IMG/VR virus record: IMGVR_UViG_2918249483_000002
Span: 1 to 64,000 of that record
Reading direction: 5' to 3' (one strand)
Source of the DNA: a virus
Taxonomy: Duplodnaviria; Caudoviricetes
DNA length: 64,000 nucleotides
Shown: positions 55,167 through 63,830 of the stretch, piece by piece
Layout of the letters: each line of letters starts with the position of its first letter
Numbering within the stretch: position 1 is the stretch's first letter
Notes under the pieces: model-generated
The model's input: the letters and a program-made list of their open reading frames with translations, nothing else
Told to the model about the DNA's origin: nothing
The model's database searches: none
Made by a program: the position numbers and the translations under genes

Positions 55167-55478
55167 GCGAACAAAGTTCGCTCCGTCAACGGGAAAGCTC
55201 GGCTTGTGCGAAAAAAGTTCGCGCGGTATATTCTGTTGATGGACAGGCAGCAATTCGAGGCGTGGCGCCAGGAAATGGGCCACACCTCAACGACCCAAAC
55301 CGCTGAAACCTTAGGGGTTACGAAGCGTCTCGTTGAAATGTATCGGGCCGGCGGGAAGCCGGTTAGCCGAACGGTTGAGCTTTTGTGCGAAGCGCTGCGC
55401 CGGCTGAACAGGATTGATGCGGCAGTGCGAGGCGAAAAAAGTTCGCAGCAATAGCTTGCGGAAGCGAAAATAGTTCGC
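55167..55478. promoter_or_regulatory. Four GCGAA-N5-TTCGC operators flanking an HTH gene
   Basis: Copies at 55167-55181, 55208-55222, 55432-55446, 55464-55478. Confidence 0.8.
55239..55454 (+). CDS. Small XRE HTH regulator (probably leaderless)
   Basis: MDRQQFEAWRQEMG.....TAETLGVTKRLVEMY..G..PVSRTVELLC; TATATT ends 6 nt before ATG, no RBS. Confidence 0.8.
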   Translation: MDRQQFEAWRQEMGHTSTTQTAETLGVTKRLVEMYRAGGKPVSRTVELLCEALRRLNRIDAAVRGEKSSQQ

Positions 55479-55543
55479 TACGATCGTTCCCAGATGAAAC
55501 ACGCGTTCGCTTTGGCTGAGCGCGCCTCACTGGAGATACCGCG

Positions 55544-56866
55544 ATGTCGCAGATGCCCGCCGCCGCCTTCGGAACCACTGCCTTCCAGTGCGGTGCGCAC
55601 CGGGCGGAAGTCACCATCGAGAGCGATCGCCGCACCTATCGCGTCGGTCGCCTGCGGATCGTCCAGTACGCCGCGCACAAGCCCGACGGCGGGCTGCCGT
55701 TGTTCAGCGAAGAGGCTGACACAGCCCGCGACCGCATCCTAGCCAAGGCCGGAAAGCGTCGTCACAAGCCGTCGAAGGCCGGTGGGGCTGGCCGGGTTGA
55801 TCGCATGGATCAGCAGCGCATGGCGATCGAGTATGCCCGCTGGCTGGCTGTCCGCGACGGGATCGACCTGCCGTTATCCTGCAAAGGGGTGGTGTCCTAC
55901 GAATCGGTTCAGGTGCCTGGCGCAACGCGTGCGGAGTGCCGTCCCTTCCAGGTCACTTTCTGGTCAGATGTGAAGTACACCCGCTATGGGCAGAGGGAGG
56001 AGGCCGCCGGTGAGGTGCTGGCGCGGATCGAGATCCCGCACTGGGATCACGTCCCGACGGTGGAGGAGGTGAGCATCGAGCCAGAGCAGGCGCAGCCGAG
56101 CGACGTTTCGCACGCGGCCGGCGCTGAAGTCGTGGCCGCTGAGCAGAACGACACCCCCGCTCCCATCGCGGCGGACGCGCCTTGCGCGGTGTATGTGGTC
56201 GCGGTTGAGGCAACACCGGCCGGGATGGCGGCCCACGCTACGGTGCACGTGGTCACCCATCTCGCGCCCCTGGGGGAGGCTGGCACCTTTACGTGCGCCA
56301 GTTCCATCCTTGGCGACACCCCTCGGTATCGAGGGGGAGGGGCGGCCGACAAGGCTCATGCCCATGGTGTCAGAGCCGCAGTAGCGCACGCGACCAAGGC
56401 CCATGGAGTGGGCAGGGTTTACGCCGTGGACTCGTTCGATGCGCTGCGAAGCGTGCTCGCCAGATGGGCTGAGGAGGCGGCGGCGCGGTCGGAGACAGGG
56501 AAGACGGAAGCCCCGGCCAACGATGGCAGTGCGGCACCCCAGCGCCTGGAAAATGTTACCCATGAGGTAACGAAACTCTTGCGCCCCGTCTCGCGTAATG
56601 TTACCTATAAGGTAACAGACGGGGGCAAGAATGCCGATCACGGCCATCAAGCACAAGGGGTTACGAGAGCTGTTCGAGAAAGGGCGTTCCGGCAAGGTCG
56701 CGAAGAACCTGCAGGCCAACGCCATTCTCATCATGGACCATCTGGACGCAATCGCGTCGCTGGAAGACTGCGAGGGGGTCAAGGATTTTCACCCCCTCAA
56801 AGGCGACCGCCTAGGCGAGTACAGCATGCACGTGTCCGGAAACTGGTGCATCACGTTCACTTTTGA
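55544..56866 (+). CDS. Hypothetical protein; 3' end reads through higBA promoter
   Basis: GGAG RBS; plausible coding to ~56540, then overlaps higB out of frame. Confidence 0.5.
   Translation: MSQMPAAAFGTTAFQCGAHRAEVTIESDRRTYRVGRLRIVQYAAHKPDGGLPLFSEEADTARDRILAKAGKRRHKPSKAGGAGRVDRMDQQRMAIEYARWLAVRDGIDLPLSCKGVVSYESVQVPGATRAECRPFQVTFWSDVKYTRYGQREEAAGEVLARIEIPHWDHVPTVEEVSIEPEQAQPSDVSHAAGAEVVAAEQNDTPAPIAADAPCAVYVVAVEATPAGMAAHATVHVVTHLAPLGEAGTFTCASSILGDTPRYRGGGAADKAHAHGVRAAVAHATKAHGVGRVYAVDSFDALRSVLARWAEEAAARSETGKTEAPANDGSAAPQRLENVTHEVTKLLRPVSRNVTYKVTDGGKNADHGHQAQGVTRAVRERAFRQGREEPAGQRHSHHGPSGRNRVAGRLRGGQGFSPPQRRPPRRVQHARVRKLVHHVHF
56555..56617. promoter_or_regulatory. HigA-type operator palindromes
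   Basis: GTTACCCATGAGGTAAC (56555-56571) and TGTTACCTATAAGGTAACA (56599-56617) just upstream of higB. Confidence 0.75.
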
Positions 56867-56909
56867 CGGAACGGATGTTACGATTCTGGACTTGGAGGAC
56901 TATCACTGA
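56631..56909 (+). CDS. higB: HigB (RelE-family) toxin
   Basis: I..IKHKGLRELFE.G, HPLKGDR.G.YS..VSGNW.ITF.F.......D.EDYH. Confidence 0.93.
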   Translation: MPITAIKHKGLRELFEKGRSGKVAKNLQANAILIMDHLDAIASLEDCEGVKDFHPLKGDRLGEYSMHVSGNWCITFTFDGTDVTILDLEDYH

Positions 56910-57238
56910 TGACCGAGCTTCGTCGTAACCGCCGCCCCTCCGTCCCCGGTGCGATCCTGAAGGCGCACTTCATGGAGCCGCGCGGTATCAGCGTGACGGC
57001 CTTGGCTGAGGCTCTGGGCCTCAGCCGTAAGCACGTCAGCCAGATCATCAACGGGCACAAGCGCGTGGAGCCGACCACGGCGGCCCGGCTGTCCAAGGTG
57101 CTCGGCACCACTCCGCGCTTCTGGCTGAACCTGCAGGCCGCCGTAGACGAATGGGATGCGTCGGAGGAGCTTGCCGACTGGACGCCGGTCGCGACCTTCG
57201 CGGCTCCGGCCGCGCCCGACCACATGGGGGCCGATTGA
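56909..57238 (+). CDS. higA: HigA antitoxin
   Basis: PG.IL...F.EP.G.S...LAE.LG.SR..VS.I.NG ... A.RL...LGTTP.FWLNLQ. Confidence 0.93.
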   Translation: MTELRRNRRPSVPGAILKAHFMEPRGISVTALAEALGLSRKHVSQIINGHKRVEPTTAARLSKVLGTTPRFWLNLQAAVDEWDASEELADWTPVATFAAPAAPDHMGAD

Positions 57239-57390
57239 ACCGCATGCCGACGGTGGTCGGCAACGGCTCCGACGTGTTGCGCGCCTGGCTCCAGGCGACC
57301 CGCAACGTTGGCCGCGCCGCTCCGCCGCCTTATGGCGCCGCCACCCCTCAGCGTCCCTGATCTAGCCCGTCCCGACCGCCTCGACGTACC

Positions 57391-57421
57391 AAAGCCCGGC
57401 CGCTGAAAAGCGCCGGGCTTT
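57391..57421. terminator. Intrinsic terminator-like hairpin
   Basis: AAAGCCCGGC...GCCGGGCTTT. Confidence 0.65.
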
Positions 57422-57657
57422 GTCATGCCCGCCCGCCGGCATCCGCCGCGCGGGCTTTCTGCATTGGAGCTGCCGCTCATGATCCCGCCAGCGACCCCGT
57501 CAGCCCTACGGCAGGCGGTTTGGAGCAGCTCTCCGCGATCGGGCGCTCCAATGGGCGCTGGATGGCCTCTGTCTGCTGTGCCGCACAGGTGGCGCGGGCT
57601 TGGCCGGACCGCATCAGGCGCGCGCCCTGGCGCCACCTGCGGCCCGGCCAGCCCTCC

Positions 57658-57875
57658 GGGTCCTTCCAGGGCCAAATGCCCGCGGGGTGGTTACCTAGCC
57701 ATATTCGAACGTTTTTCGGCCTCGCGGTCAATGCAACCACCGAGTTGCGCAACCGAAAGCCACGTTAAGAACGTGCTGTAACGCTTTGTAACTAAATTAT
57801 AAACCGCTGTTCACCGAAATCCATCATGGTTGCGCGCTTCCGTCGAATCGGTTGCGCGCCGAGCAGGAGTTGCGC
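57658..57875 (+). other. Putative lambda-like cos packaging site (cosQ-cosN-cosB)
   Basis: GGGTCCT at 57658; GGGTGGTTACCT at 57685-57696 (9/12 identical to lambda GGGCGGCGACCT); AT-rich tract ~57785; GTTGCGC repeats near 57744, 57828, 57851, 57869; directly upstream of terS. Confidence 0.7.
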
Positions 57876-57876
57876 C

Positions 57877-58605
57877 ATGGCCAGACGTCGCCTTTTGACG
57901 AAAACCGAGTACGCGAAGCATTGCGGAGTGGACAAGGCCCAGCCCGGCCGCTGGGTCAAGCGGGGCATGCCGACTGCCGGTCCAAACGGGGACCTGATCG
58001 ACCCTGAGGTCGCTGATACATGGCGAGCCGCGAACATCGACGCCAGCAAGCCGAAGGCTAAGGCGCACCAGATCGATCGGCTATCGTCCCCGCCACCAGA
58101 TGTGAAGGCGGCGGCTGTGGCGCCGAGGCCCGCCAAGCCGGCCAGGGCGCCAGATCCCGCGGCTCTTGATGAGGCGGATTCACAGCCTGACGGTCTTTCG
58201 CTCGAAGGGGCTGTTATCCAGTTCGCCGACGGCACGAAGATAGACATCAAGAGCCTTCCGAACCTGAATGCGCTGAACCAGATCGACAAGTGGTATTCGG
58301 GCGAGCTGAAGCGGCGGGAAATCCTTGTTCACGATCGAGATCACCTGCCGAAGGCCGACCTCTATGCCGCGACGGATGCGCTGATCTCCATGTTCCGGGC
58401 TCGTGTGATGGGGCTCGGCCGGCGATGTGCACCGATGTTGGAGGGGCGCTCGTTGGCGGAGCGCGCCGAGGTCATTCAGGATGAGTGCCGGAAGGTGCTG
58501 GAGGACTTGGCGAAGAAGCTGGCTGACTCCGCTACGGGCGATGTGTCCGTTAACGAGGAGGCGGAGACCGAAGACGAGGGCTCGACCGAGAAAGAATCGG
58601 ATTAG
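57877..58605 (+). CDS. Terminase small subunit (Nu1-like)
   Basis: N-term wHTH LLTKTEYAKHCGVDK....RW.KRGMP; C-term helix pattern (ELKRRE...L....L...R.....L...L); AGGAG RBS; follows cos-like site. Confidence 0.72.
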   Translation: MARRRLLTKTEYAKHCGVDKAQPGRWVKRGMPTAGPNGDLIDPEVADTWRAANIDASKPKAKAHQIDRLSSPPPDVKAAAVAPRPAKPARAPDPAALDEADSQPDGLSLEGAVIQFADGTKIDIKSLPNLNALNQIDKWYSGELKRREILVHDRDHLPKADLYAATDALISMFRARVMGLGRRCAPMLEGRSLAERAEVIQDECRKVLEDLAKKLADSATGDVSVNEEAETEDEGSTEKESD

Positions 58606-58796
58606 CTCTTACCCTTGCCGCCGTGTTCGCCCGAGCTGTTGCCTGTGGAGTTGTCCCTGCCAGCCACTAGGCGGCGAACGGCTTCCCGGATCGCTTCCGA
58701 TCGGGACCAAATTCGCTGTTCAGCACGCCAATCATCCAAGGCAGCCAGCTCGGACTCTGACATGACGAGTTGGATTCGCACGTCCTTCTTCTCCAT
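58602..58796 (-). CDS. CopG-like ribbon-helix-helix regulator
   Basis: RIQLVMSESELAALDDWR...RI.SRSEAIR..VR. Confidence 0.85.
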   Translation of the reverse strand: MEKKDVRIQLVMSESELAALDDWRAEQRIWSRSEAIREAVRRLVAGRDNSTGNSSGEHGGKGKS

Positions 58797-58933
58797 ACGG
58801 ACAGCCTTACTCAAGGGTCTGAAGGAACGCAACAGCGTCCGCTCCCACAACTTGAGTGCATTAAGCGAAGATGTCAACTTGCGTAAGTTACACAACTCGC
58901 TTAGGGTTGAGCCTCGGTACTGAGGGAATCGCC

Positions 58934-59854
58934 ATGGCCGAAAATTCCGCCATAGAATGGACCCACGCAACTTTCAATCCCTGGCTGGGCTGCACGAAGC
59001 TGTCGGCGGCCTGCGACAACTGCTACGCCGAACCGCTGGTGGTCTGCCGGCTGGGTGGGGCTTGGGGATCGGGCGCGCCGCGCCGCCGGACTGCCGCCAG
59101 CACCTGGAAGGCGCCGCTCTCCTGGGACCGCAAGGCCGCCAAGGAAGGCCGCCGGATGCGGGTGTTCTGCGCCAGCCTCGCCGATGTGTTCGACGCCGAG
59201 GTGCCGGACGCGTGGCGCGACGATCTGTTCGGCCTGATCTGCTCCACCCCGCATCTGGACTGGCTGCTGCTGACCAAGCGCCCGGCCGTGGCCCGGAAGT
59301 ATCTCGGCGATCAAGACCGCATTGGCGCGGCATGGTGCGACGCAACCCACAAGGTGCTGGGCGGTGCCGATCCCGGTCCTGCGCCTCAGTGGCCGCTGCC
59401 CAACGTCTGGCTCGGTACCACCGTTGAAGACCAGAAGATGGCCGACCTGCGCATCCCGCTGCTGCTGGAGACGCCAGCCGCCGTGCGGTTCCTGTCGATG
59501 GAGCCGTTGCTCGGGCCGGTCAGCATCCCCGGCCTGTACCCGGTCGGCGAAGATGGGATCGTCACGACGCCCGCCCTGGATTGGGTCATTGCCGGCGGCG
59601 AAAGCGGCCCCGGCGCACGGCCCACGCACCCGGACTGGTTTCGGTCGGTTCGCGATCAGTGCGCGGAAGCGGGCGTGCCGTTCCTGTTTAAGCAGCACGG
59701 GGACTGGGTTTCGTCGGCAGAGATCGGCTTTGCCGGACACGAGCATAGACCCGCCATAACGATGGCTCCCTACGAGATGATGCGCGTCGGCAAGAAGGCC
59801 GCCGGCCGCCACCTCGACGGCGTGCTGCACGACAGCTATCCGGTGGTGGGTTGA
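58934..59854 (+). CDS. Phage Gp37/Gp68 (DUF5131) radical-SAM-like protein
   Basis: S.IEWT..TFNPW.GC...S..C.NCYA, VFCASLADVFD, LLTKRP, RFLS.EPLLG, WVI.GGESG..ARP.HPDW. Confidence 0.93.
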   Translation: MAENSAIEWTHATFNPWLGCTKLSAACDNCYAEPLVVCRLGGAWGSGAPRRRTAASTWKAPLSWDRKAAKEGRRMRVFCASLADVFDAEVPDAWRDDLFGLICSTPHLDWLLLTKRPAVARKYLGDQDRIGAAWCDATHKVLGGADPGPAPQWPLPNVWLGTTVEDQKMADLRIPLLLETPAAVRFLSMEPLLGPVSIPGLYPVGEDGIVTTPALDWVIAGGESGPGARPTHPDWFRSVRDQCAEAGVPFLFKQHGDWVSSAEIGFAGHEHRPAITMAPYEMMRVGKKAAGRHLDGVLHDSYPVVG

Positions 59855-59857
59855 GCT

Positions 59858-60337
59858 ATGGACGAGAAGAAGCGCAGGCTCGCGCTCCAAGCCAACAAAC
59901 TGTGCAAGGAGGGGCTGAAGGGGAAAGCCATCGGCGAGAAGCTGAAGGTCACCACCGACGAGGCGAACACGCTGGCGCGCATCGGCAGGGATCTTGCCGA
60001 TATCGATGAGGCGGCGCTGACTGCGTCGGAGGTGCTGCTGATCCGCAGCATCGCGACGGTGACCCTCCGCCTGCGTGCTCAGGATGTCATCCGCACCCCG
60101 AAGAGTTGGGAGGTTGCTGCTGTCGCCCACAAGAGTGAGTCCTGGGTCGGGGCGACGAGCAGGAAGCGACTTCGCCTGCCCTGCCATCATCTCGTCAATC
60201 AGCCTGGCCAGCCGCTCGGATTGGTGAACTTCACCACCAATGGCTTTGTCGGGCTGACGCCGCTCGGCTGGGCTTTCGTTCAGGCTATTGAAGCGGCTGA
60301 AGCTGCGAATGAGCAGCTGAAGGTGTCGCATGACTGA
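59858..60337 (+). CDS. Hypothetical protein
   Basis: Operon chain. Confidence 0.6.
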   Translation: MDEKKRRLALQANKLCKEGLKGKAIGEKLKVTTDEANTLARIGRDLADIDEAALTASEVLLIRSIATVTLRLRAQDVIRTPKSWEVAAVAHKSESWVGATSRKRLRLPCHHLVNQPGQPLGLVNFTTNGFVGLTPLGWAFVQAIEAAEAANEQLKVSHD

Positions 60338-60578
60338 CATCAACGCCGATGTCATCGGTCGGGACGATCTCACCGACGCGATTTTCCACATCACCACCCC
60401 TGCCGGCCTGCTGCTGGTCAATGGGTGCGTCTACCGCGATTTCGGTCTCCACCCGCACCGCTGCGCCATCGTTCTCACGCATCTCCCCACCGGCGAAGCG
60501 CTGGGGACCTTTGGGGACATCGCTGACGCCTATGTCGCCATGGGCGATGCCAGCCGCTGCGGATGGGGACGAGCGTGA
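60330..60578 (+). CDS. Hypothetical protein
   Basis: Overlaps upstream stop. Confidence 0.5.
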   Translation: MTDINADVIGRDDLTDAIFHITTPAGLLLVNGCVYRDFGLHPHRCAIVLTHLPTGEALGTFGDIADAYVAMGDASRCGWGRA

Positions 60579-60615
60579 CCCCTGACAACTCGACAATCAA
60601 GGAAAGGACGACATC

Positions 60616-61506
60616 ATGCGAATGAAGCGATTCCTCGTGTCCGCCCTGCTGGCGCTTGCCGCCATTGGCGCGGCTGTGCCGGCGGCGGGCGCTGCTGACC
60701 TGCCGGAACTCCGGATCTGCACCGGCTCGAACAAGGGCAACTACTTCTACGCCGGCTCGGAAATCGCCCGTCAGGCGAAGGGCTCGCTGGCGGTGCAGGT
60801 GGTGGAGACCGCCGGCAGCATCGACAATCTGCGCCAGCTCGACGACGGCAAATGCGATGCCGCGCTTGTCCAGTCCGATGCCTACGGCGTCTACAAGGAC
60901 CGAAACCCGTCCTCCGCTCTGGCGCTGGTCCGCATCGGCTCGCTGTACCGCGAGTTCGCGCATCTCCTGTGCAACAAGGCCTCTGGCATCGATTCGGTGA
61001 AGGATCTGCGCAGCAGCAAGGTGAAGCTGCTCACCGGCGATGCCGGATCCGGTTCCGAGGTCACCTGGGCGACCTGGGTGAAGATGGACAAGGACTACAC
61101 CAAGGCGGCAACCGACCGCGTCGGCGGAACGCAAGCCGTTCTGCGCATCCGTGACGGCGCCGAGGCCCAATGCGCCCTGTTCATCAACGGCCTGAACTCG
61201 CCCCTGATGCGGCAGGTCAACGACCAGGCCGGCGACCGAGTGAAGCTCGTGGCGGTAAAGGATGGCGACTTCGCATCGGTCAAGGATCCGGGCGGAAACA
61301 CGGTCTATACGAAGGAGGACATCCCCGGCGGCGCCTATAAGAATCTACAGTCCGGTTTCTTCTCGTCGGCGGTCCCCACGCTCGCGGTCGATGCCCTGGT
61401 GGTGCTGCGGTCCGACTGGGCGGAACGGAACAAGCGTGGCCTCGACGAGCTGTCGGACGCCGTGCTGCGGGCCTCGCCGAGTATCCGCCAGAAGGTCGGC
61501 GGCTGA
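60616..61506 (+). CDS. TAXI-family TRAP periplasmic solute-binding protein
   Basis: Signal peptide; ICTG...G.Y...G, T.GS..NL..L..G.CD.A.VQSDA, LY.E..HL, G..GSGS..T, IP.G.Y. Confidence 0.85.
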   Translation: MRMKRFLVSALLALAAIGAAVPAAGAADLPELRICTGSNKGNYFYAGSEIARQAKGSLAVQVVETAGSIDNLRQLDDGKCDAALVQSDAYGVYKDRNPSSALALVRIGSLYREFAHLLCNKASGIDSVKDLRSSKVKLLTGDAGSGSEVTWATWVKMDKDYTKAATDRVGGTQAVLRIRDGAEAQCALFINGLNSPLMRQVNDQAGDRVKLVAVKDGDFASVKDPGGNTVYTKEDIPGGAYKNLQSGFFSSAVPTLAVDALVVLRSDWAERNKRGLDELSDAVLRASPSIRQKVGG

Positions 61507-61664
61507 TGAGGCGAGCCCTTCGTCTGGCGGGCGCGTTCATGGCCGCTGCGGTGATCGTCGTCGGTGATCTGACGTCCGGTCGGCTCATGTCGGCGATCGT
61601 CGATGCCAGCCTTCTGGCTTGCGTCTTCGTCCTGCTGGTGCCGATGGCGCTGAAGCCGGCCTGA
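61506..61664 (+). CDS. 52-aa two-helix membrane protein (not in ORF track)
   Basis: MRRALRLAGAFMAAAVIVVGDLTSGRLMSAIVDASLLACVFVLLVPMALKPA*; TGATG coupling. Confidence 0.6.
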   Translation: MRRALRLAGAFMAAAVIVVGDLTSGRLMSAIVDASLLACVFVLLVPMALKPA

Positions 61665-61771
61665 CGAGTCGATGCTGGGCCCGGAGCGCACCCCTCCGGG
61701 CCGGCATGGCAAAACCGACCACGCGAGCCGGTTTTGCCATGCTGAACAACTTTCTCCGATAGAGGTCGCAC

Positions 61772-62581
61772 ATGACCCGACTGAAGAACCTCCCCGGCGT
61801 CAAAACCAACAACCTGTTCGCTGTCCCGCCAGCCATGCTGGTCGAGGACGAGGGCTTCAACATTCGTCTGCGGAATGACGAATACGAGCTGACGATCGAG
61901 GAGTACACCGCCCTTTTCCTCGCTGGTCATCGTCCGCCACCGCTCATTATCTGGAAGCGCGACGACGATCTTGTGCTGATCGATGGGCACCTCCGCCGAC
62001 GTGCTGCGCTGCGCGCCATCGAGCGTGGCGCGCCAGCCGACATGACGGTCGACATTGTCCATTTCACCGGCAATGACGCCGATCGGGAAGCCCTGATGCT
62101 CCGCTCCGGGCTGAAGCGCGGCTGGCGACCCGAGGAGCTCGCAGCGGGCTACAAGCGCCTGATGGGCTACTGGAGCGACGTGAAGCGCGTCGCCGAAGCG
62201 GTCGGTAAATCCGAGAGCCATGTGCGGGACATCCTGACTCTCGCGACTGCCGACACGGCGGTCCAGGACATGGTGAAGGCGGGCGGCGTCACCGCGTCGG
62301 CGGCGATCAAGGTGGTCCGAAAGGAGGGCCACAAGGCCGCCGCGGTGTTGAAGGAAGCGTCGGATCGCGTGAAAGCGGCCGGGGGAACCAAGGTGACGAA
62401 CAAGCACCTGTCCTCGGCGCAGGGGCTGGATGCGCGCACGCTCCGTCCGCTGCTTCTGAAGCTGGCCGAGGAGGTGAAGGGGCAGGTCGACCCCGACAGC
62501 CAAGCCGATTTCAGTGAGACGCAATTCTCCGTTGCTGGATCGACGCTCCAGCCGATTTTCGAACTGCTCGGGGAGAGGTGA
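61772..62581 (+). CDS. ParB/Srx-domain protein with HTH
   Basis: EGFNIR, PPL.I......VLIDGHLRRRA, E.A.GYKRL...W.....AE..GKS..HV...L.LA. Confidence 0.85.
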   Translation: MTRLKNLPGVKTNNLFAVPPAMLVEDEGFNIRLRNDEYELTIEEYTALFLAGHRPPPLIIWKRDDDLVLIDGHLRRRAALRAIERGAPADMTVDIVHFTGNDADREALMLRSGLKRGWRPEELAAGYKRLMGYWSDVKRVAEAVGKSESHVRDILTLATADTAVQDMVKAGGVTASAAIKVVRKEGHKAAAVLKEASDRVKAAGGTKVTNKHLSSAQGLDARTLRPLLLKLAEEVKGQVDPDSQADFSETQFSVAGSTLQPIFELLGER

Positions 62582-62584
62582 GCT

Positions 62585-62851
62585 ATGGGTTGGGGATACG
62601 GCACCAACAGCGAAGGTCGGGAGGTCGGTTACACCGTCGAGGCGACGTGTGACTTCCCCGGCTGCGAAGCGAAGATCGACCGCGGCCTGGGCTACGCCTG
62701 CGGCGGCATGCACGACCGCTCCGATGATCCAGGCGACGGTCCGCGTTGTGGCGGCTACTTCTGCGCGGAGCACCGCTACACCCACACGCGCGGGCCCGAC
62801 GGCGACGCGTGCCGTGCGAATGATGACGCAGAGGAGGATGAGGCGGAATGA
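62585..62851 (+). CDS. Cys-rich hypothetical phage protein
   Basis: MGWG.G....GRE.GY..EATCD.PGC...IDRGL.YACG..H ... CG.YFC.EH. Confidence 0.8.
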   Translation: MGWGYGTNSEGREVGYTVEATCDFPGCEAKIDRGLGYACGGMHDRSDDPGDGPRCGGYFCAEHRYTHTRGPDGDACRANDDAEEDEAE

Positions 62852-63336
62852 GCGCGGATTCCATGTTCCCTATCCTCTATGCGGGCCGCCGTCCCGCTGA
62901 CGTCCCGAAGGGAATTCCTTGGCGGATCGTCAGCGCTCACGAGAAGCAGGCAGTGGCCAACCACAGCCAGACGCTGGAACGGCTTGCTCATCGTGGTGGC
63001 CTGTGCCCGACCGAGCTGGTTGCCGTCCTTGAAGATCGACCATGGCGCCGGATGGATCTGGAAGTTGCGATTAAGCAGATACAGAACCTCTGCTTGGCCT
63101 TCGAGGCGGGCAGGGGAGACGCGCGCCACCTTGAAGTCCTCCGCATGATCGCGCTGCGCTATGGGCCAACCATCGGCCTCGACGACTGCATCGCCCTGGC
63201 GGCTGAGGTTCTCGCTGATCGGGGCGAGCTGCTGATGGTCTGCGGGCGTCCGCCGCTTGGTTTGGATGCGGCCATGAAGCTTGACCCAATCGCCGCTCGA
63301 CAAGGGCGCATTCCAGCCATGGAGGCAACGTCATGA
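62848..63336 (+). CDS. Hypothetical phage protein
   Basis: IPW.....HEKQA..NH.QTLERLA.RGGL...E. Confidence 0.7.
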   Translation: MSADSMFPILYAGRRPADVPKGIPWRIVSAHEKQAVANHSQTLERLAHRGGLCPTELVAVLEDRPWRRMDLEVAIKQIQNLCLAFEAGRGDARHLEVLRMIALRYGPTIGLDDCIALAAEVLADRGELLMVCGRPPLGLDAAMKLDPIAARQGRIPAMEATS

Positions 63337-63830
63337 CCACCCGTCACATCTTCATTTCCGGCCCGGCACAATCTGGGCGAACGACCGCGGCGATTGCCAT
63401 GGCGAACGCCATGCATGACCAAGGAATCTGCACCACGTTCGTTTCGCCATGCCCGATGATGGCTGACTTTCTCCGATCGTCAGCACGCCGGCCGCGCTGC
63501 CGCATCACGCACGCATCGCCTAATGCTCTGCCGGCCATTCCGGCTGGATGCTTCGTCGTGGACGATGCCGAGCGCCTCGAAGCGCCGGGCGACATCGTCC
63601 GGGTTCTGATTCATCGTCAGATGACCTACCGCCTTCCCGTCATCGTTTGGGCGGTGCGGCAGGATGCGCTGGATAGGTTTCAGGAACTCATTGCCGAGGT
63701 TGACCCCGAGGGATTCGGCGTGGATGAGCGGCGGTTGGAGCAGGCGTTGGCGGCAATCGCGTCGCGAGACTTCTCCGCCCTGACATATCAGGATCTCCAG
63801 CTGACGGGGAGTGCGGCGAGTGATTCCTGA
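63333..63830 (+). CDS. Degenerate P-loop protein
   Basis: ISGPAQSGRTT (Walker A-like, K->R), FVVDDAE (Walker B-like). Confidence 0.55.
   Translation: MTTRHIFISGPAQSGRTTAAIAMANAMHDQGICTTFVSPCPMMADFLRSSARRPRCRITHASPNALPAIPAGCFVVDDAERLEAPGDIVRVLIHRQMTYRLPVIVWAVRQDALDRFQELIAEVDPEGFGVDERRLEQALAAIASRDFSALTYQDLQLTGSAASDS

Noticed and set aside
55167-55490. GTTC-containing repeats as LexA boxes
   Set aside because: They are inverted GCGAA/TTCGC palindromes, not GTTC-N7-GTTC direct repeats
58901-62785. Long minus-strand ORFs (506 aa, 501 aa)
   Set aside because: Shadows of well-supported plus-strand genes
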